A stretch of DNA of 64,000 nt, from assembly GCA_024763455.1 (NCBI GenBank), contig JANTFL010000001.1:26678-90677 (forward strand). The letters are read 5' to 3'. The translations under genes and the position numbers were made by a program. Position 1 is the first letter of the stretch. The number at the start of each line of letters is the position of its first letter. The DNA comes from Sediminispirochaeta sp. (lineage in GTDB: Bacteria > Spirochaetota > Spirochaetia > B11-G9). This document shows, piece by piece, positions 18,820-29,720 of this stretch. Under the pieces are notes generated by a model. The model did no database searches and was not told the origin of the DNA. It saw nothing but the letters and a program-made list of their open reading frames with translations.

Positions 18820-20712
18820 GTGGGAACACAAAATGAGCAGCCTAATGATAACAGAAATAAAGAACCTAACAATTTAAAATTTGATTTTAACAAGAACAGG
18901 TTTGCGCTGTTTTTTCTGTTATCACTCATAGCAATGTTTTTTATCCTTTTTCTGGTTAATGGAGACACTCCATCAATGGAGATTCCCTATTCAACATTTC
19001 TTACGTATCTTGAACAGGATCAGATCACTTCGGTCAAGATTCTGGATGGGAACGAAATTTATGGTACATTGTCCGGTCAGGCGGATAACCTTTCTACCTT
19101 CAAGACCCGAATTCCGTACTATGATGAATTGCTGATGAAAGATCTTCGGGAGAAAGGAGTCAAGGTGACCGGTGCACCAAAGCCTGTTTCTTTTGGTGAA
19201 ATTCTCCTTCAGCTTCTGCCATGGGTACTTTTTCTGTTTTTCTTCTGGTTCATGTTCAGACAGGTTCAGGGAGGGGGCAGCAAGGCTTTTTCCTTCGGCA
19301 AGAGCAAAGCGAGACAGTATTCCGACGAAAAGGAAAAGGTTCGGTTTAACGATGTAGCAGGTCAGGAAGAAGCCAAATATGAATTGAGTGAAGTTGTTGA
19401 TTTCCTCAAAAATCCATCGAAGTACACCCAGATGGGTGCAAAAATTCCAAAGGGAGTTCTTCTCGTCGGCATGCCGGGTACAGGAAAAACTTTAATGGCA
19501 AAAGCTGTAGCAGGGGAAGCCGGGGTTGCTTTCTTTCATATGTCCGGATCAGATTTTGTCGAGATGTTTGTCGGGGTCGGTGCCAGCAGGGTTAGGGATT
19601 TGTTTGATAAGGGACGTAAAAATGCACCCTGTATCCTGTTTATTGATGAGCTTGACGCAGTCGGAAGGACCAGGGGAGCTGGTTACGGCGGAGGCAACGA
19701 CGAGCGGGAACAGACTTTGAATCAAATGCTTGTTGAAATGGATGGATTTAATACAAAGGATGGAGTAATTATTCTGGCTGCAACCAACAGACCTGATGTA
19801 TTAGACCCTGCATTGTTACGCCCAGGACGGTTTGACAGACAGGTAGTTGTCGATATGCCGGATGTCAGGGAACGGGAGCAGATTCTTAAGATACATGCAT
19901 CCAAAATACCCTTGGGGAAGAACGTGGATCTGAACAGAATCGCAAAGGCTACTCCGGGCAGTTCGGGGGCTGATCTTGCCAATCTGGTAAATGAAGCAGT
20001 TTTGTATGCTGCGCGGTACAACGCAAAGGAAGTTACCATCGAGCATTTTGAAGAAGCAAGGGACAAACTCCTCCTCGGTGTTGCGAGGAAATCAAAGCTT
20101 ATTACCGCCGAGGAAAAGCGGGCAACTGCATATCATGAAGCCGGACACGCACTGCTTCACTATCATCTCGAGAATTCCGATCCCCTTCACAAGGTTACCA
20201 TTATTCCCCGGGGGAGAGCTTTAGGTATGGCTATTTCTCTTCCAGAAAAAGACTCTTATTCAAGGAAAAAAGGATGGCTTCTTGACAGGATAAAAATTGC
20301 CATGGGCGGATACGTTGCAGAGGAGCTTATTTACTCGGAAACAACGACCGGAACCCAGAATGATATCAAGCAGGCTACCGAAATAGCCCACCGGATGGTT
20401 ACTGAATGGGGGATGAGTGAAGAACTTGGTTTTATCTCATTAGGAAAGGAAGATGAGCCGATATTCATAGGGAAAGAAATAGCCAGACATAAAGATTACT
20501 CCGAGGAAACAGCCAGGAAGGTAGATGAAGAGATCAAGAAAATTATGGAAAGTTGTCTTGCAGAAACAAGAAAGATCCTTTCTGATAATATCAACCAGCT
20601 TAAAACTCTTGCAGAAGAACTTATTGAAAAGGAAACCCTTGATGATGCGGATATCAAGAAACTCCTTGGAATCCCTGAAAAGGATACTGAGCAGGAAGAA
20701 GAGAAAGAATAA
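18820..20712 (+). CDS. ftsH: ATP-dependent zinc metalloprotease FtsH
   Basis: Two TMs. Walker [12 protein letters not shown]. Zn motif HEAGHAL. Confidence 0.95.
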   Translation: MGTQNEQPNDNRNKEPNNLKFDFNKNRFALFFLLSLIAMFFILFLVNGDTPSMEIPYSTFLTYLEQDQITSVKILDGNEIYGTLSGQADNLSTFKTRIPYYDELLMKDLREKGVKVTGAPKPVSFGEILLQLLPWVLFLFFFWFMFRQVQGGGSKAFSFGKSKARQYSDEKEKVRFNDVAGQEEAKYELSEVVDFLKNPSKYTQMGAKIPKGVLLVGMPGTGKTLMAKAVAGEAGVAFFHMSGSDFVEMFVGVGASRVRDLFDKGRKNAPCILFIDELDAVGRTRGAGYGGGNDEREQTLNQMLVEMDGFNTKDGVIILAATNRPDVLDPALLRPGRFDRQVVVDMPDVREREQILKIHASKIPLGKNVDLNRIAKATPGSSGADLANLVNEAVLYAARYNAKEVTIEHFEEARDKLLLGVARKSKLITAEEKRATAYHEAGHALLHYHLENSDPLHKVTIIPRGRALGMAISLPEKDSYSRKKGWLLDRIKIAMGGYVAEELIYSETTTGTQNDIKQATEIAHRMVTEWGMSEELGFISLGKEDEPIFIGKEIARHKDYSEETARKVDEEIKKIMESCLAETRKILSDNINQLKTLAEELIEKETLDDADIKKLLGIPEKDTEQEEEKE

Positions 20713-20725
20713 AACCCCGGCACAG

Positions 20726-22405
20726 CTTTTGACAGCAAAACTGTCAGCAGCAGTGTTGTTACTATTTTCTCTCTCCTTTTATGTGTTCCCTGAAAATTTG
20801 GAAACCCGGCAGGACAAAGAACTTGCCGGGGTTTACTTCAATAATGCCCTTTCCGCCTTAAAGGCGGGCAATAGTACCGGTTCCCTTGAATTACTGAATG
20901 TTTCAATCCTGTTCAACAAAGATTCCTCCGACTCAAGATATTTGAAAGCTTTAATTCTTTCAGATATGGGCAAATACCGACTCTCGCAGAAAGAATTGAA
21001 GATTGCTTTCCTCCTTGGCTCCTGGGAACATTTCAGCAGTTTTGACGGAAAGAAACTCTTTGCGGATAATTTCCTGCGTCAGGGAGATTCCACATCTGCA
21101 TACGAGACACTTGCTCCCCTTGCAGATACCCTCGGTACAGATGCATCAGCAGCAAGGGTTTTTGCCCTTTCATCGGCAGCTTCGGGGCACGTAAACCAGG
21201 CTGTCCAAACAGCACGGCTGTTCCCTTCAAAGGATTTTTCCCAAAAAATACTTGCAAGATATGATACAGGATGGCGGAATAGTGCAATCGGAAAGATACT
21301 GCAGGGTGATCCCGCATTGTACTATACCAAGGAGGCTGTACAGGAGATCATCTTACTCGCTCCCGATGCGTACCTGCCGAAAATGCTTTCATATTATCAA
21401 AACAGGTGGGGGGATGACCGCTTTTTCCAGATTAACTCGCTTATTACCAATGATTCCAGCCTGGAAAAAAGAATAGAGTTGGTATTTGCCAAAGCAGAGT
21501 CTATAGACAGAGCAGATATAGTGAGAATCAAACAGATTCTTGACAGAAAAAATATTGTGTATGATGCCAAAGCATTTTTTAAAGATAAAAAGATTATAAT
21601 CAATGAGGATGACAACAAAGACGGTCTTATAGACGGCCGGACAATACTTGATTCAGGGTTTATTACGGAAACAGTTGCAGATGCAAACCATGATACCCTC
21701 AACGATTACAAAATAACCAGTCCCGGTGGGAAAATTACAACAGTAATGATAAGGACCAATGACAAAAAGATAGAAGCTGCATATAAACCATACCCATTTC
21801 TCTCTGAATATACCGTTACCCTGGAAGGCCGGCGGAGAGTGTACCATCTTTTGCCATACAAAGCTGTGTACCCTGTTGTGGTGATTCCTGAATCCATTAT
21901 AGATGATACCCTGAGGTTAAATGAATATACACAAGAGCTTTCTCCTCTGTATTTGGAGACTGTTTCAACGCAGATAGAGGAAACCTCTTTGACTGGAGAT
22001 GATGTTCTCATTGCAGAAAGAAAGAGTCTGCAGGATACAGAACTCAAACTATTACATGATAACGGATTGGTTTTCTCAGAACGTGAGTACAGCGGTGAAA
22101 AAGTTACGGCTGAAAAAAAGGATTTAGATGGAGACGGTATACCGGATCTTCTATATACGTACAAAAACGGCTCTCTACAATCCGCACGTGTTGACAGAAA
22201 CCATAATGGCTACCCTGAATACATGGAAGAATATATTCCTGTGCACATAACGAAGTGGGATTTTGATGATGACGGGACTTTCGATTACCGGGAGTACATG
22301 GAAAAGGATAATCTGATTAGGGAGTATTCTACTAACATGGATGGAAATTTCGATCTGCGTTTTGAAGGAAGAGCAGGTACAGAAAACAGTGGTTTAGTTC
22401 AATGA
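20726..22405 (+). CDS. secreted TPR-like repeat protein with C-terminal DxDxDG calcium-binding-type motifs; the ORF is open from 20525 inside ftsH, with a likely TTG/GTG start after the ftsH stop
   Basis: Signal-peptide-like AKLSAAVLLLFSLSFYVF. TPR-like helices in the first half. Repeated DKDGLIDGR, DLDGDGIPD, DFDDDGTFD, NMDGNFD in the second half. Confidence 0.5.
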   Translation, partial: LLTAKLSAAVLLLFSLSFYVFPENLETRQDKELAGVYFNNALSALKAGNSTGSLELLNVSILFNKDSSDSRYLKALILSDMGKYRLSQKELKIAFLLGSWEHFSSFDGKKLFADNFLRQGDSTSAYETLAPLADTLGTDASAARVFALSSAASGHVNQAVQTARLFPSKDFSQKILARYDTGWRNSAIGKILQGDPALYYTKEAVQEIILLAPDAYLPKMLSYYQNRWGDDRFFQINSLITNDSSLEKRIELVFAKAESIDRADIVRIKQILDRKNIVYDAKAFFKDKKIIINEDDNKDGLIDGRTILDSGFITETVADANHDTLNDYKITSPGGKITTVMIRTNDKKIEAAYKPYPFLSEYTVTLEGRRRVYHLLPYKAVYPVVVIPESIIDDTLRLNEYTQELSPLYLETVSTQIEETSLTGDDVLIAERKSLQDTELKLLHDNGLVFSEREYSGEKVTAEKKDLDGDGIPDLLYTYKNGSLQSARVDRNHNGYPEYMEEYIPVHITKWDFDDDGTFDYREYMEKDNLIREYSTNMDGNFDLRFEGRAGTENSGLVQ

Positions 22406-24171
22406 AACGAGTAGTACTCCTTTTTCTCTCTTCCCTACTGATAATCTCCTGTGCAGGGCTCAGGGGTAATATCGGGAAAGATCCCCAACCTGTAGAGAAG
22501 GTTACGGTTGAGCGAATCAATTCGCTGATAGATGCAGGAGAGCTCGCAGAGGCATTTCAGGATCTTTCATGGCTGCCTGTTAACAGTAAAGCTGATAAAG
22601 CGGTCCTGGAGGAAAGATTAAAGAGCAAATTCCAATCCGAATATGATAAAGCTCTGGATAACAGTGGATATCTCGATGCCTACAGGATACTCATTTCAGT
22701 AAAAACCGCTGGGATTGAGATCAATAGCCGGGGTAGAACAGCAAACGATCTTATAAAGGAGCTGGTCTATTCACGGTCTGAAGAAAGCAGCCATGAATCA
22801 AGACTTTATGTTGCCAGAAAGTACTTTGACTTTGGCAGCCTGGGAAAAGAGGATCTGGGACGAATAACAGAAATGGCTGTGAAAGATGGGGATAAAGGGT
22901 TCCTTGAGTTTGTTGAGCCTTTTCTGAAGGAAAGAGGTCTTGACCCATCTCCTGACTTTAAAAAGGTACAAAAAAGCAGATATGCAAGTTCTCAGCTTAT
23001 TAAAGGAACCGTTACGATCTGGGTAAACCGGGGGATGAAAATTGAGAACGGTATGGGTATACCTGACCGGGTAATTGGCAGTGGTTTTTTTATTGACAGG
23101 AACGGATATATTCTCACCAACTACCATGTAATATCCAGTGAAGTAGATCCTGAGTATGAAGGATACTCCCGGTTGTATGTAAAGCTTTCAGATAATAGAA
23201 AGGAAAAGATTCCTGCGAAGGTTGTTGGTTGGGATTCTGTTTTTGATATTGCCTTGCTAAAAGTGGACAGTACTCCTGAAACGGTGTTCCGGTTCGGAAA
23301 AGAACAAGATTATGAACCGGGGACCCCTATTATTGCAATTGGCTCTCCAGGGGGGTTGGAAAATACAATTACATCAGGGATAATTTCAGCCTATGGGAGG
23401 AAGTTTCTTCAGCTTGGAACCGTTATCCAGGTTGATGCCCCGATAAATCATGGCAATAGCGGCGGACCGCTACTCGATATGGATAATAATCTTATCGGAG
23501 TCGTTTTCGCTGGTATTGAGCAGTTTGAAGGAATCAATTTTGCAATACCGAGCAGGTACATAGTAAGCCTTCTTCCTGATTTGTACCGGGGCGGAAAGGT
23601 AAAGCATCCTTTTCTCGGATTTTCCCTGACAGAAAAGAACAATACTGTATCGGTTACGTATGTAATGCCAGGGAGCAGCGCCGGCAGATCGGGAGTAGGA
23701 AAGGGCACGGTTATTAGAGAAATAAACGGTACCGGTATTGATTCTATTGAGAAGCTGCAGAGAGAGATGCTGAAGTATTCACCGGGCATGATCGTAAAAC
23801 TTGGAATGGAAAAAGATGGAAATCCCTTTAACGGATTCTTCGCTCTTTCGGCAAGACCTGAAATACCGGCGGAAGATGCTTATGACAACGATGCTACCGA
23901 AAATCTGTTTCTTCCTTTGTTTGGGATGGATGTGGATTCTGTTTCAACAGGAATAACAGGGAATAAATTTATAATCACTTCAATCCTTGAAGGATCAATT
24001 GCAGATGAATCAGGATTATCCGTCAACGATCCATTTACTGTGCAGAGGATCAAGATAGATAATGAAAATCATATCCTGTACATGGAGATTCGGATAAAAA
24101 GGAGAAAATCCGGTTTTCTAGAAAGCGGACTCATGCTGAGTACCTACCTGGAAACCGGTGATTTTATTTAA
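22402..24171 (+). CDS. HtrA/DegP-like trypsin-family serine protease lipoprotein with PDZ domain and ~200-aa N-terminal extension
   Basis: Lipobox LLIISC. Catalytic triad context TNYHVI, DIALLKV, GNSGGPLLD. PDZ-like C-terminus. ATGA overlap with the upstream gene. Confidence 0.8.
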   Translation: MKRVVLLFLSSLLIISCAGLRGNIGKDPQPVEKVTVERINSLIDAGELAEAFQDLSWLPVNSKADKAVLEERLKSKFQSEYDKALDNSGYLDAYRILISVKTAGIEINSRGRTANDLIKELVYSRSEESSHESRLYVARKYFDFGSLGKEDLGRITEMAVKDGDKGFLEFVEPFLKERGLDPSPDFKKVQKSRYASSQLIKGTVTIWVNRGMKIENGMGIPDRVIGSGFFIDRNGYILTNYHVISSEVDPEYEGYSRLYVKLSDNRKEKIPAKVVGWDSVFDIALLKVDSTPETVFRFGKEQDYEPGTPIIAIGSPGGLENTITSGIISAYGRKFLQLGTVIQVDAPINHGNSGGPLLDMDNNLIGVVFAGIEQFEGINFAIPSRYIVSLLPDLYRGGKVKHPFLGFSLTEKNNTVSVTYVMPGSSAGRSGVGKGTVIREINGTGIDSIEKLQREMLKYSPGMIVKLGMEKDGNPFNGFFALSARPEIPAEDAYDNDATENLFLPLFGMDVDSVSTGITGNKFIITSILEGSIADESGLSVNDPFTVQRIKIDNENHILYMEIRIKRRKSGFLESGLMLSTYLETGDFI

Positions 24172-25588
24172 AAGAATGCTTGATGACTTGATTGAAGACA
24201 AAGCTGTGAAAATTCTCGTTGTAGAGGATGAAGCGATCATTGCACATAATCTTATCAAGGAATTGAATACGAGTGGCTTTTCAGCCTCAGGGTTTGTAGA
24301 TACCGGAGAAAAGGCTTTGACGGAAATTGCAGAAAACCGTCCTGATCTTGTTATTCTGGATATTTCAATTAAGGGTAAAATAGATGGAATTAAGACGGCG
24401 GAGATAATCAAATCTCAATTTGGGATACCGTGTATATTCTATTCCGGTTGCGACGATCTTTCCTGTCTTAAGAGAGCCCGGCGTGCTGAACCCTATGGAT
24501 ATATCCCAAAGAATTCCACAAGAATCGATCTTTATACGACCGTCAGGATTGCTCTGCAGCGGTTCAGGATAGAGCAGGAATTTCGATCAAAAGATAGAAT
24601 GTTAAATGCAACGCTTAAAAGTATTTCCGATGCAGTTGTAGGGTTGAATCCCGAAGGAAAGATTATTGCATGGAACTGCGGAGCCGAAAAAATCTTCGGG
24701 TGGGTTGCTGATGATATTCTTGGTGATAATGTTGCTATCCTTGTCCCATCATACATACCGAACGAATTTCCGGGAATAATGGACGATCTCATTAAGACCG
24801 GCGATTTTAGACAATACGATACCCTTTTTCAACGGAAGGATAAAAAGATCTTCAATGCTGCAGTGACAATTTCACCGGTTGATGAACTTGGGGGTGGTAT
24901 CACAGGGTTTTCCCTGGTGGTCAAGGATATAAGTGATCGAAAAGAACTGGAAAAACAGATAATTGATATTCTGGAAGATGAACGGTTCAGAATCGGCAGG
25001 GATCTTCATGACAACCTCGGTCAATACCTGACAGGGATACTTTTAAAACTGAAGGTGCTTGAAACTTCCCTGGGGAAAAAGGGTATAGATGATGACAAGG
25101 CTATTGTTGTCAGAATTTCAAATCATGTGAAGATGGTCCTCGACAGGATGAGGGAGCTTTCAAGAGGGCTGATATCTCTGGGACTTCAGAAGATGAGTCT
25201 TAGGGAGGCAATTCATGAGCTCACCCTTTTCTATTCCAGAGTTAATGAGATAGAGGTTCTGTTCAATTCCGAGATGGAGTATAAAATCGTGAACTACCGG
25301 GTCGTTGTGCAGCTCTACCATATAACCCAGGAAGCTATAACAAATGCATTAAAACATGCATCATGCAGCCGTATCGAAATAGTCCTGAAAACCGATGAGA
25401 CCGATATAGTTCTTTCCATAAAGGATAATGGAAAGGGGTTCACCCTCAACGGCAGCTCCGGGATAGGACTGAAGATTATGAAGTATAGAGCTGGAATAAT
25501 AAATGGTCAACTTCAGATTTACAGTAACAGCTCCGGTTCCACCGTACAGTGCAGCATACCGAGGAAACTCATAAAGGAAGAGGTATGA
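24158..25588 (+). CDS. hybrid sensor histidine kinase: N-terminal receiver domain, PAS domain, HisKA_3 dimerisation domain, HATPase_c
   Basis: REC: ILVVEDE...DLVILDISIKG...K. PAS: LKSISDAVVGLNPEGKIIAWN. H-box ERFRIGRDLHDNLGQ (NarX/DegS type). G-boxes DNGKGF...GIGLKIM. Confidence 0.8.
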   Translation: MILFKRMLDDLIEDKAVKILVVEDEAIIAHNLIKELNTSGFSASGFVDTGEKALTEIAENRPDLVILDISIKGKIDGIKTAEIIKSQFGIPCIFYSGCDDLSCLKRARRAEPYGYIPKNSTRIDLYTTVRIALQRFRIEQEFRSKDRMLNATLKSISDAVVGLNPEGKIIAWNCGAEKIFGWVADDILGDNVAILVPSYIPNEFPGIMDDLIKTGDFRQYDTLFQRKDKKIFNAAVTISPVDELGGGITGFSLVVKDISDRKELEKQIIDILEDERFRIGRDLHDNLGQYLTGILLKLKVLETSLGKKGIDDDKAIVVRISNHVKMVLDRMRELSRGLISLGLQKMSLREAIHELTLFYSRVNEIEVLFNSEMEYKIVNYRVVVQLYHITQEAITNALKHASCSRIEIVLKTDETDIVLSIKDNGKGFTLNGSSGIGLKIMKYRAGIINGQLQIYSNSSGSTVQCSIPRKLIKEEV

Positions 25589-26232
25589 ACGAAAAGAAAA
25601 TCCTGATTATAGAGGATCATCCTATTGTCAGAAAGGGTTTCAGTATGCTGATAAATCAGGATGATGAATTACAAACCATAGGGGAAGCAGGGGATTATCA
25701 CAGTGCTCTTGAAATGGTGCGGAATACAGAGGCAGACCTGATTTTGCTGGATTTATCACTGGGTGACGGAAACGGGATAGAGCTTATCAAAGAGATTAAA
25801 GTTATTAACCCGGCACTTCCGGTTTTGGTTGTATCACTCCATGATGAGAATCTATACGCCGAGCGGGCTCTTAAAGCAGGTGCTAAAGGGTACGTTATGA
25901 AAAGTGAAGCAACCGATAATATTCTGACTGCCATAAAAAAAATCATGAACGGCGAGGTGTATCTCAGCGAAGGGATGAAAGATAAATTCATAAACAGAAT
26001 GGCGGGAATGGGTAAGGAGGGTTCTTCTCCCATGGATATCCTGAGTGACCGGGAATTTGAAGTCTTTCAGTTTATCGGTGACGGCCGTACAACAAAGGAG
26101 ATAGCCCAGTTTTTAAACCTGAGTATCAAAACTGTAGAAACATATAAATCACATATAAAAACCAAACTTGAAATCAAAGATTCAACAGACCTTATCAGGA
26201 GAGCTGTTGAATGGAAAGTTGCTGACAGCTGA
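25585..26232 (+). CDS. NarL/FixJ-family response regulator (REC + LuxR-type HTH); the ORF is open from 25549
   Basis: [13 protein letters not shown]...[60 protein letters not shown] overlap with the kinase stop. Confidence 0.85.
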   Translation: MNEKKILIIEDHPIVRKGFSMLINQDDELQTIGEAGDYHSALEMVRNTEADLILLDLSLGDGNGIELIKEIKVINPALPVLVVSLHDENLYAERALKAGAKGYVMKSEATDNILTAIKKIMNGEVYLSEGMKDKFINRMAGMGKEGSSPMDILSDREFEVFQFIGDGRTTKEIAQFLNLSIKTVETYKSHIKTKLEIKDSTDLIRRAVEWKVADS

Positions 26233-26278
26233 AACCCCTCTTATTGAAGTCCTTACTCCTTTCAGGTATAGTGGGCTT

Positions 26279-28081
26279 ATGAAAGTACCGAGAGAACGAA
26301 TTAGAAATTTCTGTATTATTGCGCATATAGACCACGGCAAATCGACCCTGGCAGACAGGTTTATCGAAAAAGCCATGATTATAGATAAACGTAAATTCCA
26401 GAATCAGCTTCTGGACAGTATGGATATCGAGCGGGAACGAGGTATTACTATTAAATCCCAGGCGGTAACAATTCCCTATATCGGGAAGGAGGGGGAGATG
26501 TACACTCTGAATCTTGTTGATACCCCTGGACATGTGGATTTCTCCTATGAGGTTTCAAGAGCAATTTCCTCCTGTGAAGGCGCTCTTCTTCTTATTGATG
26601 CAAGTCAAGGAGTGGAAGCACAGACCCTGGCAAATATGTATATGGCTCTTGAACACGATCTGGAAATAATCCCGGTAATTAACAAGATAGACCTGCCCAG
26701 TGCTGATATAGATTTTGTCAAGCACCAGATCGATCATGATCTTGGTCTCGATTCCGATACCGCAGTGCTTGTATCAGCAAAGACGGGGGAGGGGGTAGAT
26801 GACCTTCTTGAGGCTCTGGTTGAATATGTTCCAGCTCCCAGAGGTGATGAAAACATTCCTCTAAAGGCCCTTATCTTCGATTCTCACTACGATCCATACA
26901 GAGGGGTGATTATACACGTAAGAGTCTTCGAAGGCACCCTGAAAAGCGGTGATACCATAAAACTCTTCTTTTCAGAGAATAGCTATAAAGTTGAGGAAAC
27001 CGGTATTTTCAGAATAGATTTGGAAAAAAAGGATAGACTGACATCCGGCGAGGTAGGATACATTATTGCAGGTATCAAGACCATTTCCGACATCAGAATC
27101 GGAGATACGATAACTGTAGTGGATAACCCCTGCAGTGAACCTTTGGATGGATTCAAAGAGGTACAGCCTGTTGTTTTTTCGTCGATTTATCCCGTCGATT
27201 CCGAGGATTACGAGGAACTGCATACAGCAATAGACAGGCTGAAACTGAATGATGCTTCCTTGGTATATGAAAAGGATTCTTCAGCCGCCCTTGGCTTCGG
27301 TTTCAGGTGCGGGTTTCTCGGTCTGCTTCATCTGGAAGTTGTACAGGAGCGGTTGGAGCGGGAATTCGGCCTCTCCATAGTGTTTACTTCCCCTTCGGTT
27401 CAGTATCATCTGTTTTTGAAAAACGGGGAGGATCATTTTATAGATAACCCTCTTGAGTTCCCTGATCCGATGCAGATAGAGTATGTTGAGGAGCCTTATA
27501 TCAAAGCAACCCTTATTACCCCCTCCGAATTTGTCGGGGGTATTATAAAGCTGTGCCTTGAAAAGCGGGGGGTTCAGGAATCAATGCATTATCTCGATGA
27601 GAAACGGGTGGAGCTTGTCTATGATATGCCTCTTGCAGAAGTTATTTTTGATTTTTATGATAGACTTAAATCAATCAGTCGGGGATATGCATCCTTTGAC
27701 TACGAGATCGATGACTTCAGGAGAACAGATCTTGTCAGACTTGATATCATGGTTAACGGGCAGGTAGTGGATGCTCTCTCCCAACTTGTATTCAGGGAGA
27801 ACGCTGTTCCAAGAGCAAGAGTAGTCTGTAAGAAGCTCAGAGAAGAGATCCCCCGTCAACAATTCAAGATACCCATACAGGGTGCAATTGGAAGCACAAT
27901 CATTGCCAGGGAGACAATATCCGCTCTACGAAAGGATGTCACTGCTAAATGTTACGGTGGAGATATATCTCGGAAGAGAAAACTTCTCGAGAAACAGAAA
28001 GAGGGAAAGAAGCGGATGAAAATGGTGGGGAATGTCGAAGTACCCCAGTCAGCTTTTCTTTCTGTCCTCAAGAGTGATTGA
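26279..28081 (+). CDS. lepA: elongation factor 4 (LepA); the ORF is open from 26168
   Basis: [33 protein letters not shown]. Carries the LepA-specific C-terminal domain. Confidence 0.92.
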   Translation: MKVPRERIRNFCIIAHIDHGKSTLADRFIEKAMIIDKRKFQNQLLDSMDIERERGITIKSQAVTIPYIGKEGEMYTLNLVDTPGHVDFSYEVSRAISSCEGALLLIDASQGVEAQTLANMYMALEHDLEIIPVINKIDLPSADIDFVKHQIDHDLGLDSDTAVLVSAKTGEGVDDLLEALVEYVPAPRGDENIPLKALIFDSHYDPYRGVIIHVRVFEGTLKSGDTIKLFFSENSYKVEETGIFRIDLEKKDRLTSGEVGYIIAGIKTISDIRIGDTITVVDNPCSEPLDGFKEVQPVVFSSIYPVDSEDYEELHTAIDRLKLNDASLVYEKDSSAALGFGFRCGFLGLLHLEVVQERLEREFGLSIVFTSPSVQYHLFLKNGEDHFIDNPLEFPDPMQIEYVEEPYIKATLITPSEFVGGIIKLCLEKRGVQESMHYLDEKRVELVYDMPLAEVIFDFYDRLKSISRGYASFDYEIDDFRRTDLVRLDIMVNGQVVDALSQLVFRENAVPRARVVCKKLREEIPRQQFKIPIQGAIGSTIIARETISALRKDVTAKCYGGDISRKRKLLEKQKEGKKRMKMVGNVEVPQSAFLSVLKSD

Positions 28082-29707
28082 CAGTGATTTTGTAAGAATG
28101 CCCCTGAAATATTCAGCCGAGAGCAGTACTCTTTTTATGTAATCTGGTGAAGCTTCATCTTTTGGAGGGAAGTCGGGGAAGTGTTTAAACAGGTAGTCCA
28201 TGGAGGAAAGGAGTTTTTTGACAGCTTCCCTGTCGGAAACTTCTCCCGCCAAAAATCTGTAGAGACCTGAATGCAGTTCCTCGATTTTTTTAAGCTCCTC
28301 TTCAAGAAATGAGATGTTTTTTACTAATCCCGGTTCAGTAACACTCCGTTTCGCTGAAGCATCTTCCCCTGCTGCAGGAATACTGCCCTCCTCACCAATA
28401 GCTTCGTCAATTTCTTGAATTATTCTTCCAGCGGATCTAAGTCCCAAAGTACCCAAATCGTACAATCTTTTTTCTTTTCCAAAATAAGCATTCATTAGGA
28501 GTGCGTATGAATAAAGAATTGTGTTTGAAAGCCTCATTGCTCCTCTTTTATCCTCTGTTTTCCTATACGGACGTGTAAGGAAAATATCGATGTTTTCGAC
28601 CGGAATAAGGCGTGTTGTATCAAAAAGTATAGAGGACTGAAAAGGGGTCCCCCTGGCATGAGACTTTCCGAGAATATATGAAAAATCAAGCCCCGTGTGA
28701 ATAACCGGTCCGCTGCTCATCATAAGGGCTATATAGACAGCGGTTATCCCGACCGATCCAAGGGGAGGGAGCATTGCAAGGTCCTTGAATTGGCTTCTGA
28801 CCCGTGTTATCAGGGTATTGTCATTGAATACCGAAAGGAAGGGATAAAGTGGGCCATTGAAGTTTCTGACTATGGAGGGGTAACAGGTTAAGTCGAAGAA
28901 CAAGGGGATGGAACTTTTTGTAAGTCCGATAAAATCAAAAAGATTGTAAACTTGCGCATCAACAGCAACTATGTAATCAGGGGTAATACCACTCTTCAAA
29001 AGGGCTGAAACCGCTGTATCAACAGCAACTAGTGCGATTTCATGCTGGTGGCGTTTTATCTGCGGTATCGATTCTTCCAGGGACTCACCGGCTCCCGTGA
29101 CAAGAACAGGACGGGAGTGTTCTATTCCGGTAAAATTCCCATTAATTATCCTGTCTTGATGTTCTTCGGTTAACGAAGCCATATTTAAAAATATATTTCT
29201 GATCCAGAGCGGCGCCATGTGTATTTCAGTCATCCTGTTCTGCCAGAACTCTTTGACTGCTGCTTCCAGAACCCCGAGTATCCTTTGATACTCATCTTTG
29301 TTCAGAAGATATCCCCCGGTAAGGGTAATCATTGATACTCTTCTGAAATGGTGAATACCGGCTTGCCGGAGTATTTGTAGGGCTTCCTGGATGTCGTTTC
29401 CGATATAATGAAAGCGGCTGTCCCGGGGGACAGAGGTACCAGTTTTTTCATAAAGATTAAAAAGTTTTTGATCAGTTTCGATAGCCAGGACCAGGCAGTC
29501 ATCCGGTAGATTTTGCAGCAGGGGTTCAATACCGTAAAAAAGGAGCGGAGAGGGAATAAAAAGGACAGTTTTCGGCAGAATCTTTATATGCCGAACTTTC
29601 CTTTCAACGGATTCTACAGGTGTTAGTGTATTGTAAAGATGTCTTTTCCGGTAAAAAACAGAAAACCCTCTGCCTGTATCAACAAGAAGAGGGTTTTGAG
29701 GCTTCAT
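28049..29707 (-). CDS. Maf-family (motility accessory factor; DUF115/MptE-like, PF01973) protein, paralog 1
   Basis: [11 protein letters not shown]...IVAVDAQ...[18 protein letters not shown]...[16 protein letters not shown] aligns with the two Maf paralogs at 42064-45253. Confidence 0.65.
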   Translation of the reverse strand: MKPQNPLLVDTGRGFSVFYRKRHLYNTLTPVESVERKVRHIKILPKTVLFIPSPLLFYGIEPLLQNLPDDCLVLAIETDQKLFNLYEKTGTSVPRDSRFHYIGNDIQEALQILRQAGIHHFRRVSMITLTGGYLLNKDEYQRILGVLEAAVKEFWQNRMTEIHMAPLWIRNIFLNMASLTEEHQDRIINGNFTGIEHSRPVLVTGAGESLEESIPQIKRHQHEIALVAVDTAVSALLKSGITPDYIVAVDAQVYNLFDFIGLTKSSIPLFFDLTCYPSIVRNFNGPLYPFLSVFNDNTLITRVRSQFKDLAMLPPLGSVGITAVYIALMMSSGPVIHTGLDFSYILGKSHARGTPFQSSILFDTTRLIPVENIDIFLTRPYRKTEDKRGAMRLSNTILYSYALLMNAYFGKEKRLYDLGTLGLRSAGRIIQEIDEAIGEEGSIPAAGEDASAKRSVTEPGLVKNISFLEEELKKIEELHSGLYRFLAGEVSDREAVKKLLSSMDYLFKHFPDFPPKDEASPDYIKRVLLSAEYFRGILTKSLSITLEDRKKS

Positions 29708-29720
29708 ACCTTTACTGCCC

